From: Amoebidium appalachense
Lineage: Eukaryota > Protista > Ichthyosporea
DNA: 64,000 nucleotides
Direction: 5' to 3'
Assembly (NCBI GenBank): GCA_963693365.1
Contig: CAVNZM010000013.1
Location: forward strand, 1,203,817 to 1,267,816
The notes beneath the pieces are model-generated. The model was given only the letters and a program-made list of their open reading frames with translations. It searched no databases and was not told the origin of the DNA. Of the stretch, positions 1 through 53,466 are shown one piece after another. The translations under genes were made by a program, and so were the position numbers. Every line of letters begins with the position of its first letter. Position 1 is the first letter of the stretch.

Positions 1-99
1 ACCCAACCCAACCCAGGCCCGTCTCCCAGAGCCACGAACCCGCCCGTGAACCATCCGTCCCTGAGGCGACACATCCCTGGACACCTGCAGTGAGGGGAG

Positions 100-230
100 C
101 AACCGGCATAGCGTCATCCAACCGGCAACGGTTACCGTTATTTGATTGGAGAGCTTCGTTACAACGTCCCTTGTAATTGGCTAGATCTATTCTATTAGTG
201 GTAAAAAGCTGGTAGGCCGTGATTGGCTAG
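100..230 (+). promoter_or_regulatory. Putative SLK promoter with reverse CCAAT boxes and an everted GGCAAC-G-GTTACC palindrome
   Basis: ATTGG motifs near 145, 176 and 222; GGCAAC G GTTACC at 124-136; repeat-free sequence upstream of the kinase gene. Confidence 0.4.
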
Positions 231-349
231 AAAGGAGATGTGACTTCTGTGGCCAGGTACCAGGAGTCAGCGGCTTTTACTGTTACTCGGCGCTTCACTT
301 TGAGTAAGGCTCTGCTACCAAAACAGAAATAAAAGATTTTGAAATTTGT

Positions 350-353
<4 letters not shown>

Positions 354-442
<89 letters not shown>
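354..442. repeat. (CA)n microsatellite
   Basis: Uninterrupted CA dinucleotide run of about 90 nt. Confidence 0.95.
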
Positions 443-447
<5 letters not shown>

Positions 448-1595
448 GATAAATCTGCCGTGCTTATGCAATGGGCGGCTTTTTGGACTCCCGAGGTTTC
501 TTTGTTGGAGTTTTCATTGATTAAAAATCATGCACATTTGTCACCGTTGTGGCTCTGGCTGAGTAGATAACGAATTATGTCACGCTATCGGGCACCGTAT
601 TTGGAAGGCGGTTCTTGGCACCAGTTTCTGTGCGCGGCGGCAACCGATGTTGGCAACTTTTCAAGTTTGGTCAAGTTTTTTGTGCACTTGCCAATTTTTC
701 TTATATTAGCTTCAAAGATCTCATGTACGAGATTGATGCCACGTTGTTCAAATTGAGCTTTGTGTTTTATCTGAACAGTGCTATAGCTTTTTTATTTTTT
801 GTGAAGAGGTCTGGGAAATACAAGATCCCTATATTGTTCATCTTGCCCTAGTTCGAACTGATGTTTTTTTTTTTGAGGACACAAAACCCAAGTTCAGTGG
901 TAAAGAAGCAGGGTGTTTATGCTTGTTCCTGCCTGTTACCATCACTTATCGCCAGAAAGGTATACAAAAGATTACAAGATAACAAACGAGGTTTGTTTTT
1001 TCTCTGCTCGATCGGACTCCTGAGAACGTAGATGCAACATTGAATTGAATTCGTTCGTTTTATAACTTTGTAGTTTTGGGTAGTAAATTAAGAAGGGTAC
1101 TTTCCGAGAAGTCTGTTGGGTAAACTCCACGAGCCTTTAACTTGTGGATTATATAGAGAGTAGTAAGAAGAACAGGTGTTGGGCTGCTGCTGCAGCCCCC
1201 GGTTCCTGAGGTAAGGCTCCACAAGTTGATGTGTTGGCTCATATACGCTCTGTGACGTTTTGTAGCTAAAAGAATTCAGGTGCTTGAGCCACACATGCAT
1301 TGATTTGTGTAATGCATATCATGCAGTTGTCTTATGGTCTCTGTTTTTGGTTTCTGTTTTTGCTTGTGCCTTTTGCATCCCATGTGGTAGCGCACTCATC
1401 ACACAGCTTAGTCTCAACCAGCAAAGGAGAGCGGATACGCTGAAGTTCTGCTCCCCGCAAAACTTGGCAGACTTTGGTTGCCATAAAACTCGATCAGTTT
1501 CACGCATGTTTGACATGTCGTGCACATGCATTTTCCGTTTACTTTTTGTTGGAGTGGTGGTGGTGGTGGTGGTTGTTGTTGTTGTGGTGGTGGGT

Positions 1596-1638
<43 letters not shown>

Positions 1639-1746
1639 GGGGGAGTATAGGGGCGGAGGGTGGGTTTGGGGGGGTGGGAGGGGGAGAGGGGCAGGGCAGA
1701 TCTGTTTCTCGAAGTTAACATCTCACTTGCGCATCCTTTTGACAGA

Positions 1747-19557
<17,811 letters not shown>

Positions 19558-20937
19558 TGTGTGCCCGTGCAACTTGAAATCTGACTGTGCGGGGTCACAG
19601 CGGTTGTTTTTTGTTTTGGGGTTCCGAGATGTGTGGTTTTAGTGCAAGTCACGGCGCGGAGATAATGTGGATGTTAGTGACACTGTCGTTTCATTTTGGT
19701 TCTACATGTGTTTTGTGTGGAGTGTTCTGCGCGTGCACAGGACCTAGTACAGTCGTCGTTTGGAGGTTGTTTCTTTAAGGTACCTGAGCGAGACGATTGT
19801 GGTTGTTAGTCTTTTAGTTTTTTAGGTTTGTGTATGAGGTGCTTGGGGTGATTAGGGTACACAGGTGTTGCCAAAGATGGTGTGTATGGAGAGGGGCCTT
19901 TTGGGGGGGGGGGGGGGGGGGGGGGGGGGAGGGAGAAAAAGGGGGGGAAGGGGGGGGGGGGGGGGGAGGGAGGAGGGGGGTAAATACCTGGGGGATGGCA
20001 CGGCAACGGTGCACGGTCACGGTACACATGGCTACTTTTGTGGTATTCAGTTTGTGTTTTGTGGTTTCTACCTTCAGATGTACGTATGTGTATGCGTGAA
20101 TGCTTTGCTACTGTAACACTTCATATTTTGTTTCATAACAGCCACACACTAGTTTTATTACAACTATTGCTAATGTAATGCTGGCGTGGTGATCCTGTGT
20201 AGCTAATAGAATGCGAACCTTTGCACGACGAATTCGGCATGAATTTGAAAGCCTGTGTATACATATCTATGACAATAATGATTCTGTATGCATCCATGCA
20301 TATATGCATATATACATGCCCATATTCATCGTATGCATGTGATATTTGCTTCGGTGCCCTGCCAGAAAATAAAGCCGTTGATAGTTCTCGCTTCGAAGCT
20401 CACGGTGCGCACAGATCTGGCACAGAGACGAAATTAGGCATTTTTAAATTTGAAATGTGGGGGTGGGCAGTAGTAAGTATTGAGGTCCCCCCTGGTGGTG
20501 GCCATGGGTCCCCCCCCCCCCCCCCCTCCCCAGCTCCGGGGAGGGGGGGGGGGGGGGAGGGGGGAGAACCAACTTCTTTGGTGGTTGGACAGGTGGGGTG
20601 GTGCCCCCTTCCCCCCCCCCCCCCCCTCCCCCTCCCCCCTCGCGGGGAGTCCGACGGGAGCCGTCCGCAGTTCCGGCCGCGGCTGCGCACCTGGCCCTCT
20701 CAAGGTTTCTGCATGGGGGCTACGCCTCCCCCCCCCCCCCCCCCCCCCTCCCCCCCCCATTCCCCCTTCCCTCCACTCTCATCCACCGCCATCACCAACA
20801 TTAAGGTTGTGATGAGCGTTCTTTCTGCAGCGAAGCGCTTCGAATGTTGATTAGGGCAGACCTATCATGCACACATTTTATCGACATTACAGTGTCCTAC
20901 CATACAAGAGTAAAGTAGTCAATCTTATTGGCATTGC

Positions 20938-21138
20938 ACGATTGATGATAATTGTGGGCTTTACATTGATGATGGTTGTGGGCTTTACGGTGAATAGTTA
21001 CTGTTGTTTTTCCATTAGAGTAGTCGTGCTTTATGATTTAGTAGCTACTGTTGTTAGTTTTTTAGGTAGAGTAGATTTTCTAGGTAGAGTAGTTGTGTTT
21101 TATGATAATACACGATTGATGATGGTTGTAGGCTTTAC
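20938..21138. repeat. Short direct repeats: ATTGATGAT(A/G)(A/G)TTGT(G/A)GGCTTTAC x3 and TAGGTAGAGTAG x2
   Basis: Copies near 20941, 20965 and 21114; tandem TAGGTAGAGTAG near 21063 and 21081. Confidence 0.75.
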
Positions 21139-21240
21139 CCACAGGAGTATGGTTACTGCATCAACCCCCCCCCCCCCCCCCCCCCCCCCAAGTGCATCCC
21201 CTTCCCACTTCAAAGTTGTATCACAAAAAAAGCACCCCGG

Positions 21241-21398
<158 letters not shown>

Positions 21399-21426
21399 AA
21401 AAGACACACACACACACACGCAAAAA

Positions 21427-21490
<64 letters not shown>

Positions 21491-21567
21491 CACACAAGAA
21501 GCACACACACACACACACACACAAAGACACAAGAAGCACACACACACACACACACACACGCACACAC

Positions 21568-21709
21568 GTGATAGCAAGACTCCACTCGATCCAGACACCC
21601 TGCCCGCCCCCCACCCCGCCAGCACGTGCCCCACGTGTGTCTGCCGTGCCGTGTGTGCCTCGCCGGCCCGCAGGAACCACTCTCCGGGCGCAGTGTCTCT
21701 CAGTCACGT

Positions 21710-21743
<34 letters not shown>

Positions 21744-21955
21744 GATAGCAAGATTCCACTAGATCCAGACAATGTGAGGGGCATGCCAGTCTCGCCGTGC
21801 CGTGCGTGCTGTGTGTGCCACGTGTGCCACGTGTGCCGTGCGTGCCTCCCGCCCCGCCGGAATCATGTCCCCAGGCGCAGTGTCTTTCCATGACACGTGC
21901 ACACACACCACACACACACCACGTCATAGCAAGGTACAACAACATCCCAGATCCT
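21568..21955. repeat. Degenerate ~175-bp direct repeat (2 copies plus a partial third) separated by (CA)n
   Basis: GTGATAGCAAGA.TCCACT.GATCCAGACA...GGCGCAGTGTCT at about 21568 and 21742; GTCATAGCAAG at about 21923. Confidence 0.75.
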
Positions 21956-22139
21956 GAATGCCTTGGATGTTTGCTCTGGATTTTTTGTTCTCTGTCCCAG
22001 ATAAAAGAATGGCCGTCTGGGACGGTGTTTTTCATGTAGAAAACGTGAGTGTGAATGAAAATAGCGATGTCTGTTTATTAGAGTAAACAGAAACTCATCG
22101 GAGAAGACTCGGTGGTGGCTAGATCTATGTCGTCATAGC

Positions 22140-22290
22140 GGAGACCAATCAGGATTGATAAAGTACACACAGCGCGCCAATCAACCCCGGGCCCCGCGTG
22201 AGCTGTGGAGCGCCAATCAAAACTTTCCAATCGCAAACACCAGTCAGCCAACCAAAACACAGTACTCTTTTGCGTGGGAGCCAATCAATT
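22140..22290. promoter_or_regulatory. Cluster of CCAAT boxes (NF-Y type)
   Basis: CCAATCA near 22146, 22176, 22213 and 22282, plus CCAATCG near 22227, all within 150 bp of GC-rich repeat-free sequence. Confidence 0.5.
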
Positions 22291-22801
22291 AAATACAAGG
22301 TGAATGCAATTCATTGATTATTCACTTCCATCCCTTATGTTCGACCGATTAATCACTTAGAATCTTGTTTGACCAAATAATTTTTGAAACTTGAACGGTT
22401 TTTGACTCACTTGACTTTTTGAAACTTGAACTGTCTTCGAAACCTGCAAGTTTTTTTCACTAGCTTTCCGAATGTCGCGCGATTTTATTCATTACTTTTG
22501 GCCTTTTGTCGCTTCATTCAATACTTTTTTCGCCTATTTGTCGCCTGTCACGCAACTCTATTTAACACTTATAAACTTCTTGGTCGCACGTCGCGCGATT
22601 TTGAAGCATTTCGAAACATTTTGAAGCACGAGTCCCGCTCGTTTTTCGCATGGAGGTAAAAGTTGAGCATTTGAGATGGCGTTGTTTTGGCAAAAAGTGG
22701 TGGTATCATGACGACTGTTGACTCAGTTGAGACGAATAATTCACGAAAATGGCGACACTGAGGGCCGGCGCAAGTTCCGAGCGGTAACCGTTACCGCTTC
22801 A

Positions 22802-22838
<37 letters not shown>

Positions 22839-23287
22839 TCAAAGCTTCCATGGGCCATGTGTGCTCGCTGTTTAACCCTCTAGCCACGCAAAGTGAGATC
22901 GCACACCACCAAGCACAGCCCACACTGTGGCGGCCAGCGCGCTTGCTAACGGGGCATTGTAGGCCCCGTTGGTACCACCTACGTATACCCAGCCCCCTCT
23001 AACAAAGAAAAATTTTATCCGGTGGAATGGAGCCGATAAAATCGGACGATCTGATTCGGATATATACCCGCTCGGAACAAATTTGTTCCGGACACTGATT
23101 GGTGCTCATCTTGAAACCGGCGACGGCGGATGTCACATAATGCCAACGAGGAAATGGGGTCCAGTGGAGGTGGTGGTGGTGTTCTGTGTGTGTGTGTACA
23201 CGTGCACGTATGTGTGTGGTTTTTTTGGGGGGTGAGTGGTGGTGGTGGTGGTGGTGGTGGTCACCGTGGTGGTGGTGTGTGTGTCTG

Positions 23288-23363
<76 letters not shown>

Positions 23364-25272
23364 TAGAAAGAAAAACTGCTTGTGGGTCACTGTTTTTCGT
23401 CACTGTATTTGTAACGGGCCGCTCATATTTATATAACTACTTTAAGTACACGTGTTCATTATCATATACGATGGCCAAATATAGAAATTTTGGCGTCGAA
23501 GTTCTTGGAGCTAAAAAAACGTTTAAAAGGGGGAAATAATAGCTTGGCCCCAAATTTACCTTGCCGTTGTTAGCGAATGTATTTTTTATTCATGAGTTCT
23601 AGCAATTCAGTGAGTGCACGTGCCTGCCTCAGGCTGATCATGACAACTGCAACACACCATTCCTAAATGGATATCAATCAAAAGAAAATAGTATATACTG
23701 TGGTGGTCTCCTAAACCTTGTGCGGCATGCGCATACATGATATTACTGTGACACAGGTGCATATTATTGTTCTGTACACGTCGGAGTGTGGTGCACGTGG
23801 CTGTTTTGTGCACATGTTACAATAGCAGCACGATCTCCCTAAACTCCATGTTTACACATCCCTCACCCTGGCTCTGCCTTGTCGGTGCTCCAAAACACAC
23901 ACACAAATCCCCCTAGACTCAGTGCCTGCACATGGTCGCATTCACGTGCAGGTCACGTGACACATGCAATGCCATACTGCCGTCTACAGCAACAACCACG
24001 GCAGCATGTATACCGGCCCAGCACGAAATATACTTATCGGCAGCCCACTGAACTCGCCCATTTTCTCTTTTTCATGTATGACCCTCCTTTTTTGTGAAAT
24101 CACCCTTTTTGGCCTCCCGGTAGTGGATTTTGCAGGATTTGACTTCTTTGAGGTCCAAAACCCTCAAATTTTCCCCGGCGGGGCCGGGGAGGGAGAATTC
24201 AAAAATTGCCCGCTCCTGATATGGTACCCGGGCCCATTTCAAAGAAGTCATCGCAGAGGGCACATGCGAGGGCGATAATATGTCTCTAAATATAGTTTAG
24301 TGACGTTAACAAAGAAAATATTGGCATTTCTATTTCCAGTATTACACTTTAACCGGCACCCTGTAGAGTACATCTGCCCAGTATAGGGAGAAAATCCAAA
24401 TCGGACTTCCCCGAGTCCGTTAAAGGCTTACTATCATAGTGACATGTGAGAGCGCTGGCTGGGAGCGAGAGATGTCCGGAGAGGAAAATCTCACGAAGAT
24501 ACATATTTCTTTCCCGACCGATGGTTCTATCATGATCAACCCGGTGGCCATGCATGGGTGGCAGTCTGCTTGAGCCTGCAGGCAAAAAAACAAACGACCT
24601 CGCAACACTGACAACTGGATGTAAGCGCCTTCGTTGCAAACATTGTATACACGGTATGACCACGCAACGTTAACCACGCACACATGTACACGCACGCACC
24701 CACGCGCTCACACCCACTCACACACGCGCGCAGTCACACACACACAGTCGCACACACACACACACCACCACCACTAATCATAATGAAAGTTAATGTAATA
24801 AAGATATACGAACAAAACAGGCCTGAAGTTCCTTAAGGCCTTGCTAAGTACTCTATGTAGCTACGGTATACCGGTGCTCTATGTAGCTACGGTGCAGTTG
24901 CAACAAGGGCCGGTCGAATGTGTTGTTTATAATGCTCGGTCACACAAATGCAGAAGCTATATTCATATAAGTTCGGGTCACTGAATCCATATGTGGTAGG
25001 CACACACTCAAAGGTTACCACCCTGAGATTTTTCATTCTAATGGGCCTTAGACAGAGTATCTCTTCTTACACGGGGTAGATTACGGAATAACCTTTCTTT
25101 TAAAAAACAAGCTACAACAAACGGCGATGACAGGTGGACATTCAAAAACAATGGCAAGACACTTATCTTTCGGGCCTTTGCAGCCCATTTACCATTAAAA
25201 CATAAAAACCATTTTATAAACCAGGCAAGTATCATCATTGACAAGGAAATTTCTTCATGTGCCATCAAGCAA

Positions 25273-41109
<15,837 letters not shown>

Positions 41110-42549
41110 CTTGCCCAGACTGCAAAACCACCTGAGTGAATGCAATTATAGCACGATCAGATGTCGAGGAAGTTAAATTACAAGTTCAATGTTCGCTTCC
41201 AACTGAAAGCGCAATAATATACATTCCACTTCTATTACAAACTATGATTTTGCTTGCGCAAACTTCCAGTGATTGTTCCGGCCATTTCTCATCCCCCACC
41301 TTCTTCTTCAGTTCACTCTCATTTTCCTCATTTGATCATGCCTCCAAGCGACTACCTGGGTTACTAATTTATCCAGGAAACCCGTCATCTTCTGCTACCT
41401 CCACTTTCAAGCCCTCTAAATATCATACATGCATGCAAATATAGAATTTTTATTCTAAGGCCACTTGATTTGTACTTTGTTGACAGGAGGGAGTGTTGAG
41501 TGGGAATTCGTGTGTGCATCTCGAAGACGGTTATCGGGTAGAGTGGAGATAGTACACTTCCATAGCCTAATTCAGACACAAGGCTGCTTTATAAACTGCC
41601 AAGTAGTACCTGGTATTTTGTAGTGTTCTCACCAGAGCAAACGTGATCTTATAGAATTACACACCTGTCACAAAACTTCCAGTGGCGATGATGCAGGTCA
41701 TGACTCCTTTTGTGAGCCAGATGCTAAAACATTATTTGTTTGTGTCTGACTATTCAACCACTACCTTTTACAATGGCCATATGGGAAATATATCATATAA
41801 AATTTTACAGGCTTTCAAACACATACGGCCTCTGACACCGTCGCTACCAAGGCAGCTTTCAAGGGCGACATGCCGCTTGCTGCCAGCAACGGGCGAGGAG
41901 GATTTGAATATCCCGCGCGAGATCTAGATGACTGTAATCGGATCACACGTTGTGTGCAGAGTTGCAAACGCTGCCTTCAGATTGCACTTCCCTTTTATGG
42001 CCATTACCGTCCAAAGATGTTGAAACAAAAAAGAGATTTCGTTTATTTTCTTCTACTAGGAATATACAATAGGAGACGTGACGGAGTTTGTTTTGAAGTG
42101 CCAATCTACGTAACACTACACTTGATCTCCGGATCTAGAGTAACCCAATGAGCGCATGCCATGTTTGCTTGCGACCTTGCAGATCCACCAATCCAAGCTA
42201 ATGCAAACTTACCCGTTTTGGGGCGTTTTAAAGCGGAAATGTTGCGGTTTTGTCGGAATTTGTGCGGAAAACCACTGAATCCCCCCAAACTGACTCCCCA
42301 ACAACCGGAGGAATTTCGCCATCTCATTGGGTTTTAATCCCATCCAATCAAATATCGTTAAAGAAACTGTGGTAGAATATTTTTTGGGTGGACTTTTATC
42401 CACACACTCGCACACATCTGCAGTCACAAACTGACTCGAACGGTTCAGCCCACACAGTTTTCTTTGTTTCAAGAATTTAGAGCTTGTTAGCTCCTTTATT
42501 TTCTCCTGGAGTTTTTGTTTTTGTATCAGCTTACCGCCTGTTAACAAAA

Positions 42550-49160
<6,611 letters not shown>

Positions 49161-49309
49161 AATATGGCAACTTGAAGCCATGAAAGTCTACAATTCACGG
49201 GATTCGTGTGCATTTTTTGCCTATATTTGGAAGGTGGATGTCGATGTCGTACTGAATATGGCAACTGAAGCCATGAGATCCACGTGATTCGGTGTTCGTT
49301 TTTGCATTT

Positions 49310-49340
<31 letters not shown>

Positions 49341-49385
49341 TAAGTTATTGTGGGCATGTTTGGAAGGGTGGATGTCGGTGTGCAT
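49161..49385 (+). repeat. Degenerate tandem duplication of the SURF4 proximal 3' UTR
   Basis: AATATGGCAACT(T)GAAGCCATGA...TTTGGAAGG(G)TGGATGTCG at 49161 and again at about 49255, with a (TTTA)n insertion in the second copy. Confidence 0.8.
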
Positions 49386-50418
49386 GTGTGGTTCATGTTT
49401 TTTTGCGTTTGGGTAGGAGGTGTGGTGTGTGTGGTTGTTGTCGCTGATACTTCCCGGATTTTCATCCGGGGGGTCATTTTGCGAATCTGGGACAGTGTAA
49501 TTAGTGTGGAGGATTTGGTTGGGACGTCATTTTTTTCCTCCTTTTTTTTTTTAACTTTCTTCCAACCACTTTAAGTTGTGGTAGTTTTTTAGAGGGTGAT
49601 CCGGTAATTATTATGGTACGTTACTCGTGTGTCGAGATGTTTGCGGGATTCTGGGAAGAATTTCCATCAAAAGCTTTCTTTGTGTAGGCTCTCGCTCGTA
49701 TATGGAACGTCAGTAATCTGATTCTTTCTGTTTTTCTGATATGTTGTGATTGTGTGTAAATGTGTTTGTCAACGACAAAGACTTCAAGTAAAAGGAGCTG
49801 ATCTCTGAAATTTCGGATCCGATCTGAAAATGTGCAATTTTCCATGATCTCTCAAGCCGCCGTGAAGTGGTTGTGGGCGCTGAGCAACGAAACACCAATA
49901 AAAGCGTGCGCTTGGACATACGTGCACACAGCCGGGCCCTACATATTTTGTTATGCGATTTCTGTAGCTTTTTGAAAATTGGATGTTTTTGTGTGTGCGC
50001 CAGCGTGTGCAGTGTGTGTGTGTGTATACGTGTGCATATAGAACACTGACGGTGTGTGTGTGTGTGTGTGTGTGTGTGTGCACGTGTGTGTGTGTGTGTA
50101 CATGTGTGTGCGGAACTTCCTCTTGTGCACGTGTGTGAGGGTAAGGAGGGAGGCGGGAGGGAGGGAGGGAGGAGAGGGAGATTTTGCACCTGTGATTCGG
50201 TGTGCCATGTGCACAGTGTGGCACGCCGTATGTGGGTGGGTGGGGTCGATTGGCGAGCTAATATGCATGCCATTAGTTCGAGACATGGACACTCACAGTC
50301 TGCCAGGGGAATCCAGAACAGGCCGGGGTCATTCACTTCTAAGATAACAGGTAAATACGGCTTAGGGTCTAAAATCTTAAGGTTTCTCGGCCGTAGGGTT
50401 CTCGAATCAATATCTTAT

Positions 50419-50476
<58 letters not shown>

Positions 50477-51860
50477 CCCGCCAGCCCACCCGCTTGCCCC
50501 GCCCGCCCGCCCCGGTCCTGTGGGTCCTATTCCTACCTTTACGACTACTAGTAACCCAAACATATGGAGAGTTGATGTTTATCATGATCAGCATTATTAC
50601 GCAATATTGATCATGGCGAATCATCCACATGCGCACGCCGCCACATCAACTGAGTCAAACACATGATAAGGTACTGGTGTGTGATAGGGCACGCACCCGC
50701 ACATCATGTTCCATTTCGAACACAATGGGAAGAGAGGCTGGATGTGAGTTTCGGAAGGGGAGAAGGGCCCGCGGGGGGAGGAGGGAGGGGAGGGGGGGGG
50801 GGAAGGGGGAGGGGGGGGGGGGGGGGGAAGAGAGGGAGCTCAGCCTGTGTGTGCGTGTACGTGTGTGTGTGCACGTGTCCGTGCGGGCGTGGGGGGGGAG
50901 GGGGGGGGGAGGAGGGAAGAGCCTGCGTTTGTGTACGTGCGTGTGTGTCCGGGCGCGGGGGGGGGGGGGGGGGGGGGGGGGGATAATGCTGGCGCCGGCA
51001 GCGGTGGCGGTGGTGGTGAGTAGCTATATAAGGTTAGATCAAGGACGCATGGGACAGTAAGAAGATTTGAGGAGAAAGCACATGTACAGCCTGAGACACG
51101 GGGTAACTAGCACCAATTGCACTGATACGTGGTTCCCCGTGCGAGTACATTGGATTTATAATTTTGCACAATAGTCGGTCGAACCGGGCAACTTACCAAA
51201 ACCGTGAGTAGAAACAACATACTACGTTTACACAGTTAAAAGATCATGACCACGGTGAAGGTTAAAAATGGTGCGCCGAAATCCGTATTAGGTATCTGCT
51301 ACCATTATGTGTTCCTTGTACATCCTTGACTGCCCGGATCCAAACTACCGTACCCCTTCCGAGCTTCCGGTTCATTACTTAGTACACACTTACTGCGAGC
51401 CGGCCACTGAGATTCAAATTAGTCGTTTTAACTACTGACTAGTACTCTTTTTAGTTTTAAATTCGACTTGTCTGTTAAATTAACGCCTCACCCAGCACCT
51501 TAAGCAAGCTTGATGCGTCAGATGCTAATACTACCGAAAAGCACCAGAAAGGAATACATACGATTCTACTAAGGCTTATTCTGGAACTTTAGGTCACGCT
51601 AGCAAGGAAGCTACAGTACTCCGAGGGCCTGAACACTTTGTACGAAATTCCTGTCTATACAGCACAGTACACAGTAGGGGGCAGTAGGGTGAGTGCAAAG
51701 TGTGCCCGGGATGGAAGTTTCCTCCTCCAGAGAGAGAGGGGCCGGGGGGGGGGGGGGGGGGGGGGGAGGGGGGGGATGTGTGCATAGTGCCAAGTGGGAG
51801 GCATGGTAGCAAATACAAATGGGGAAGAAAAAAAAAAGACCCCTCCCCCCCCCTCCCCCC

Positions 51861-51893
<33 letters not shown>

Positions 51894-52443
51894 AAAAAAA
51901 GGAGAAGAAAGAAAGGGAAAAAAAGGAAAAACAAGCGAGCCAAGTTCTTTGATTGGCACCATTTGCCCTTATAATGTCAATGACCTCTCAGGATTTTATT
52001 ATTCATCACATTACAATAATGTGGAGCCTCGCCGCAGGTATAAGTATGCCGCTCTTAATCATTCGATTGCAGGTTTTTTCTGGTGGCAGCATTATGAAAA
52101 TACTTTCGAAAATACAGAATCAAGGCTTTGGGACGTGTCAGTAGATTTTAAAAATGCGTACCATTTTTTTATCAGAAGCGTTGATATCGTCGATGCCTTA
52201 GAGATATATACAAGTATAGCACTGATTGTGATACAAGACCTCTCGATGGTGTCCCGCGTGCGTCAAAAAACACTCCGCTAAATCTATTGGCGCACCCGAT
52301 GAAAAACATTCAAGCAAGAAAGACCATTTTTGTGTGTCATTTTTGGACGACTTTACACAGACGGCAATTTTCCACGAGCTTAGTTCAAAAACCAACGAAA
52401 AACGAAACGGAGAAAAGTAAAGAAAGAAAAAGAAAAACAGATC

Positions 52444-52888
52444 TCAGAAGACATGCCTTCTCTCCCTCTTTCCATTAGTGCACGTCTGGTCACACGTGGT
52501 TCTCGCCTGTCTGCAAATCACCTCGCACTCTTCGCTGCCCCACATGTCGCCACTATGGCATGCCTCCTTGCACATGTCGTCTCTCTTCACGCAGTCAACA
52601 AGGCACTCCTCGGCACCAACATAATGGACGGTCATCTGCAAAACAGAAGGAGCTGTTAAGACACACATCACTGCAACCACCCCTTCTTCTTCTTCTTCTT
52701 TTTTTTTCCTCAGATTTTTTTTTATTCCGTTTTGTTCCCAGAGAGTCTCTCAGGGTCCCTCAGAGGAACTACCGCCTTCCACCCAGCACAGAGTCGACTA
52801 TATCTAGCTAGGGTTCTACGGACAACCACTCCTCAGGGCCGTGGCTGAGATTTTCTCCCTTAGCCCCCGTCCCCTTTTGAATCCCATA

Positions 52889-52923
<35 letters not shown>

Positions 52924-53466
52924 ACACACACACACCCCTCCCCCATCATGCACCACCCGTCTTTTCTCTACATACACACACACACCACTACCAACACCAC
53001 GGCATATAATCATGCTTGGGCTTCTTCTCGCACACAGTTCTGTTTACATGCGTTTAGTTAAATGCAGCACTGGTTAAGTGACAATCGTTTCCTGATGGAC
53101 TAAACTTTCTTTCTTTTTGCTCCTTGCTGATTGTGTTGGAATGTTTCATCTACCCTCGCAGACAAGGTTTTTTTCCTAGGGCAATTGTTTCCGTACTGGG
53201 CTCAACTTAACCACTACGCAAAGGTACGAATGCGCTACTCATGGCAATACTTCTCGCGAGGTGAACTTCGAACATTCAAGAGCTTCACACCATCCTCTTC
53301 CTTTGGTCAAGATGTGGGTATACACACAAAGACAAGTGTTATTATATTACTTAATATCAATAAGAAAAGAAAAGGATTTATCCATTACCTTTAGGGGTTT
53401 CGCGGAAACGCACGTGGTCATTGCCACGACCACCATCGAGTAGAAAATGGACTTGACCACCATCAT
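52444..53466 (-). CDS. Small secreted cysteine-rich peptide precursor (about 89 aa, 8 Cys, C-terminal GKR)
   Basis: Exon 1, 53466-53389, encodes MMVVKSIFYSMVVVAMTTCVSAKPLK (signal-peptide-like) and ends at AAG|GTAATG. Exon 2, 52635-52444, follows TGTTTTGCAG and encodes MTVHYVGAEECLVDCVKRDDMCKEACHSGDMWGSEECEVICRQARTTCDQTCTNGKRERRHVF*. The direct splice is in frame; extra pro-region exons cannot be excluded. Confidence 0.65.

Noticed and set aside
22945-22975. Hairpin AACGGGGC-loop-GCCCCGTT as a Helitron end or terminator, and TTAACCC at about 22872 as a piggyBac end
   Set aside because: No CTRR terminus at the expected distance, no partner TIR and no transposase.
42115-42128. 14-nt match to the U2 snRNA branch-recognition region (AGATCAAGTGTAGT on the minus strand)
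   Set aside because: Flanks do not match U2 stem I or the Sm site, and there are no convincing C/D boxes for a guide RNA; probably chance.
51700-52281. 193-aa plus-strand ORF
   Set aside because: The first half is G/C/A runs and the second half has no recognisable motif; more likely downstream/3' UTR sequence of the minus-strand peptide gene.
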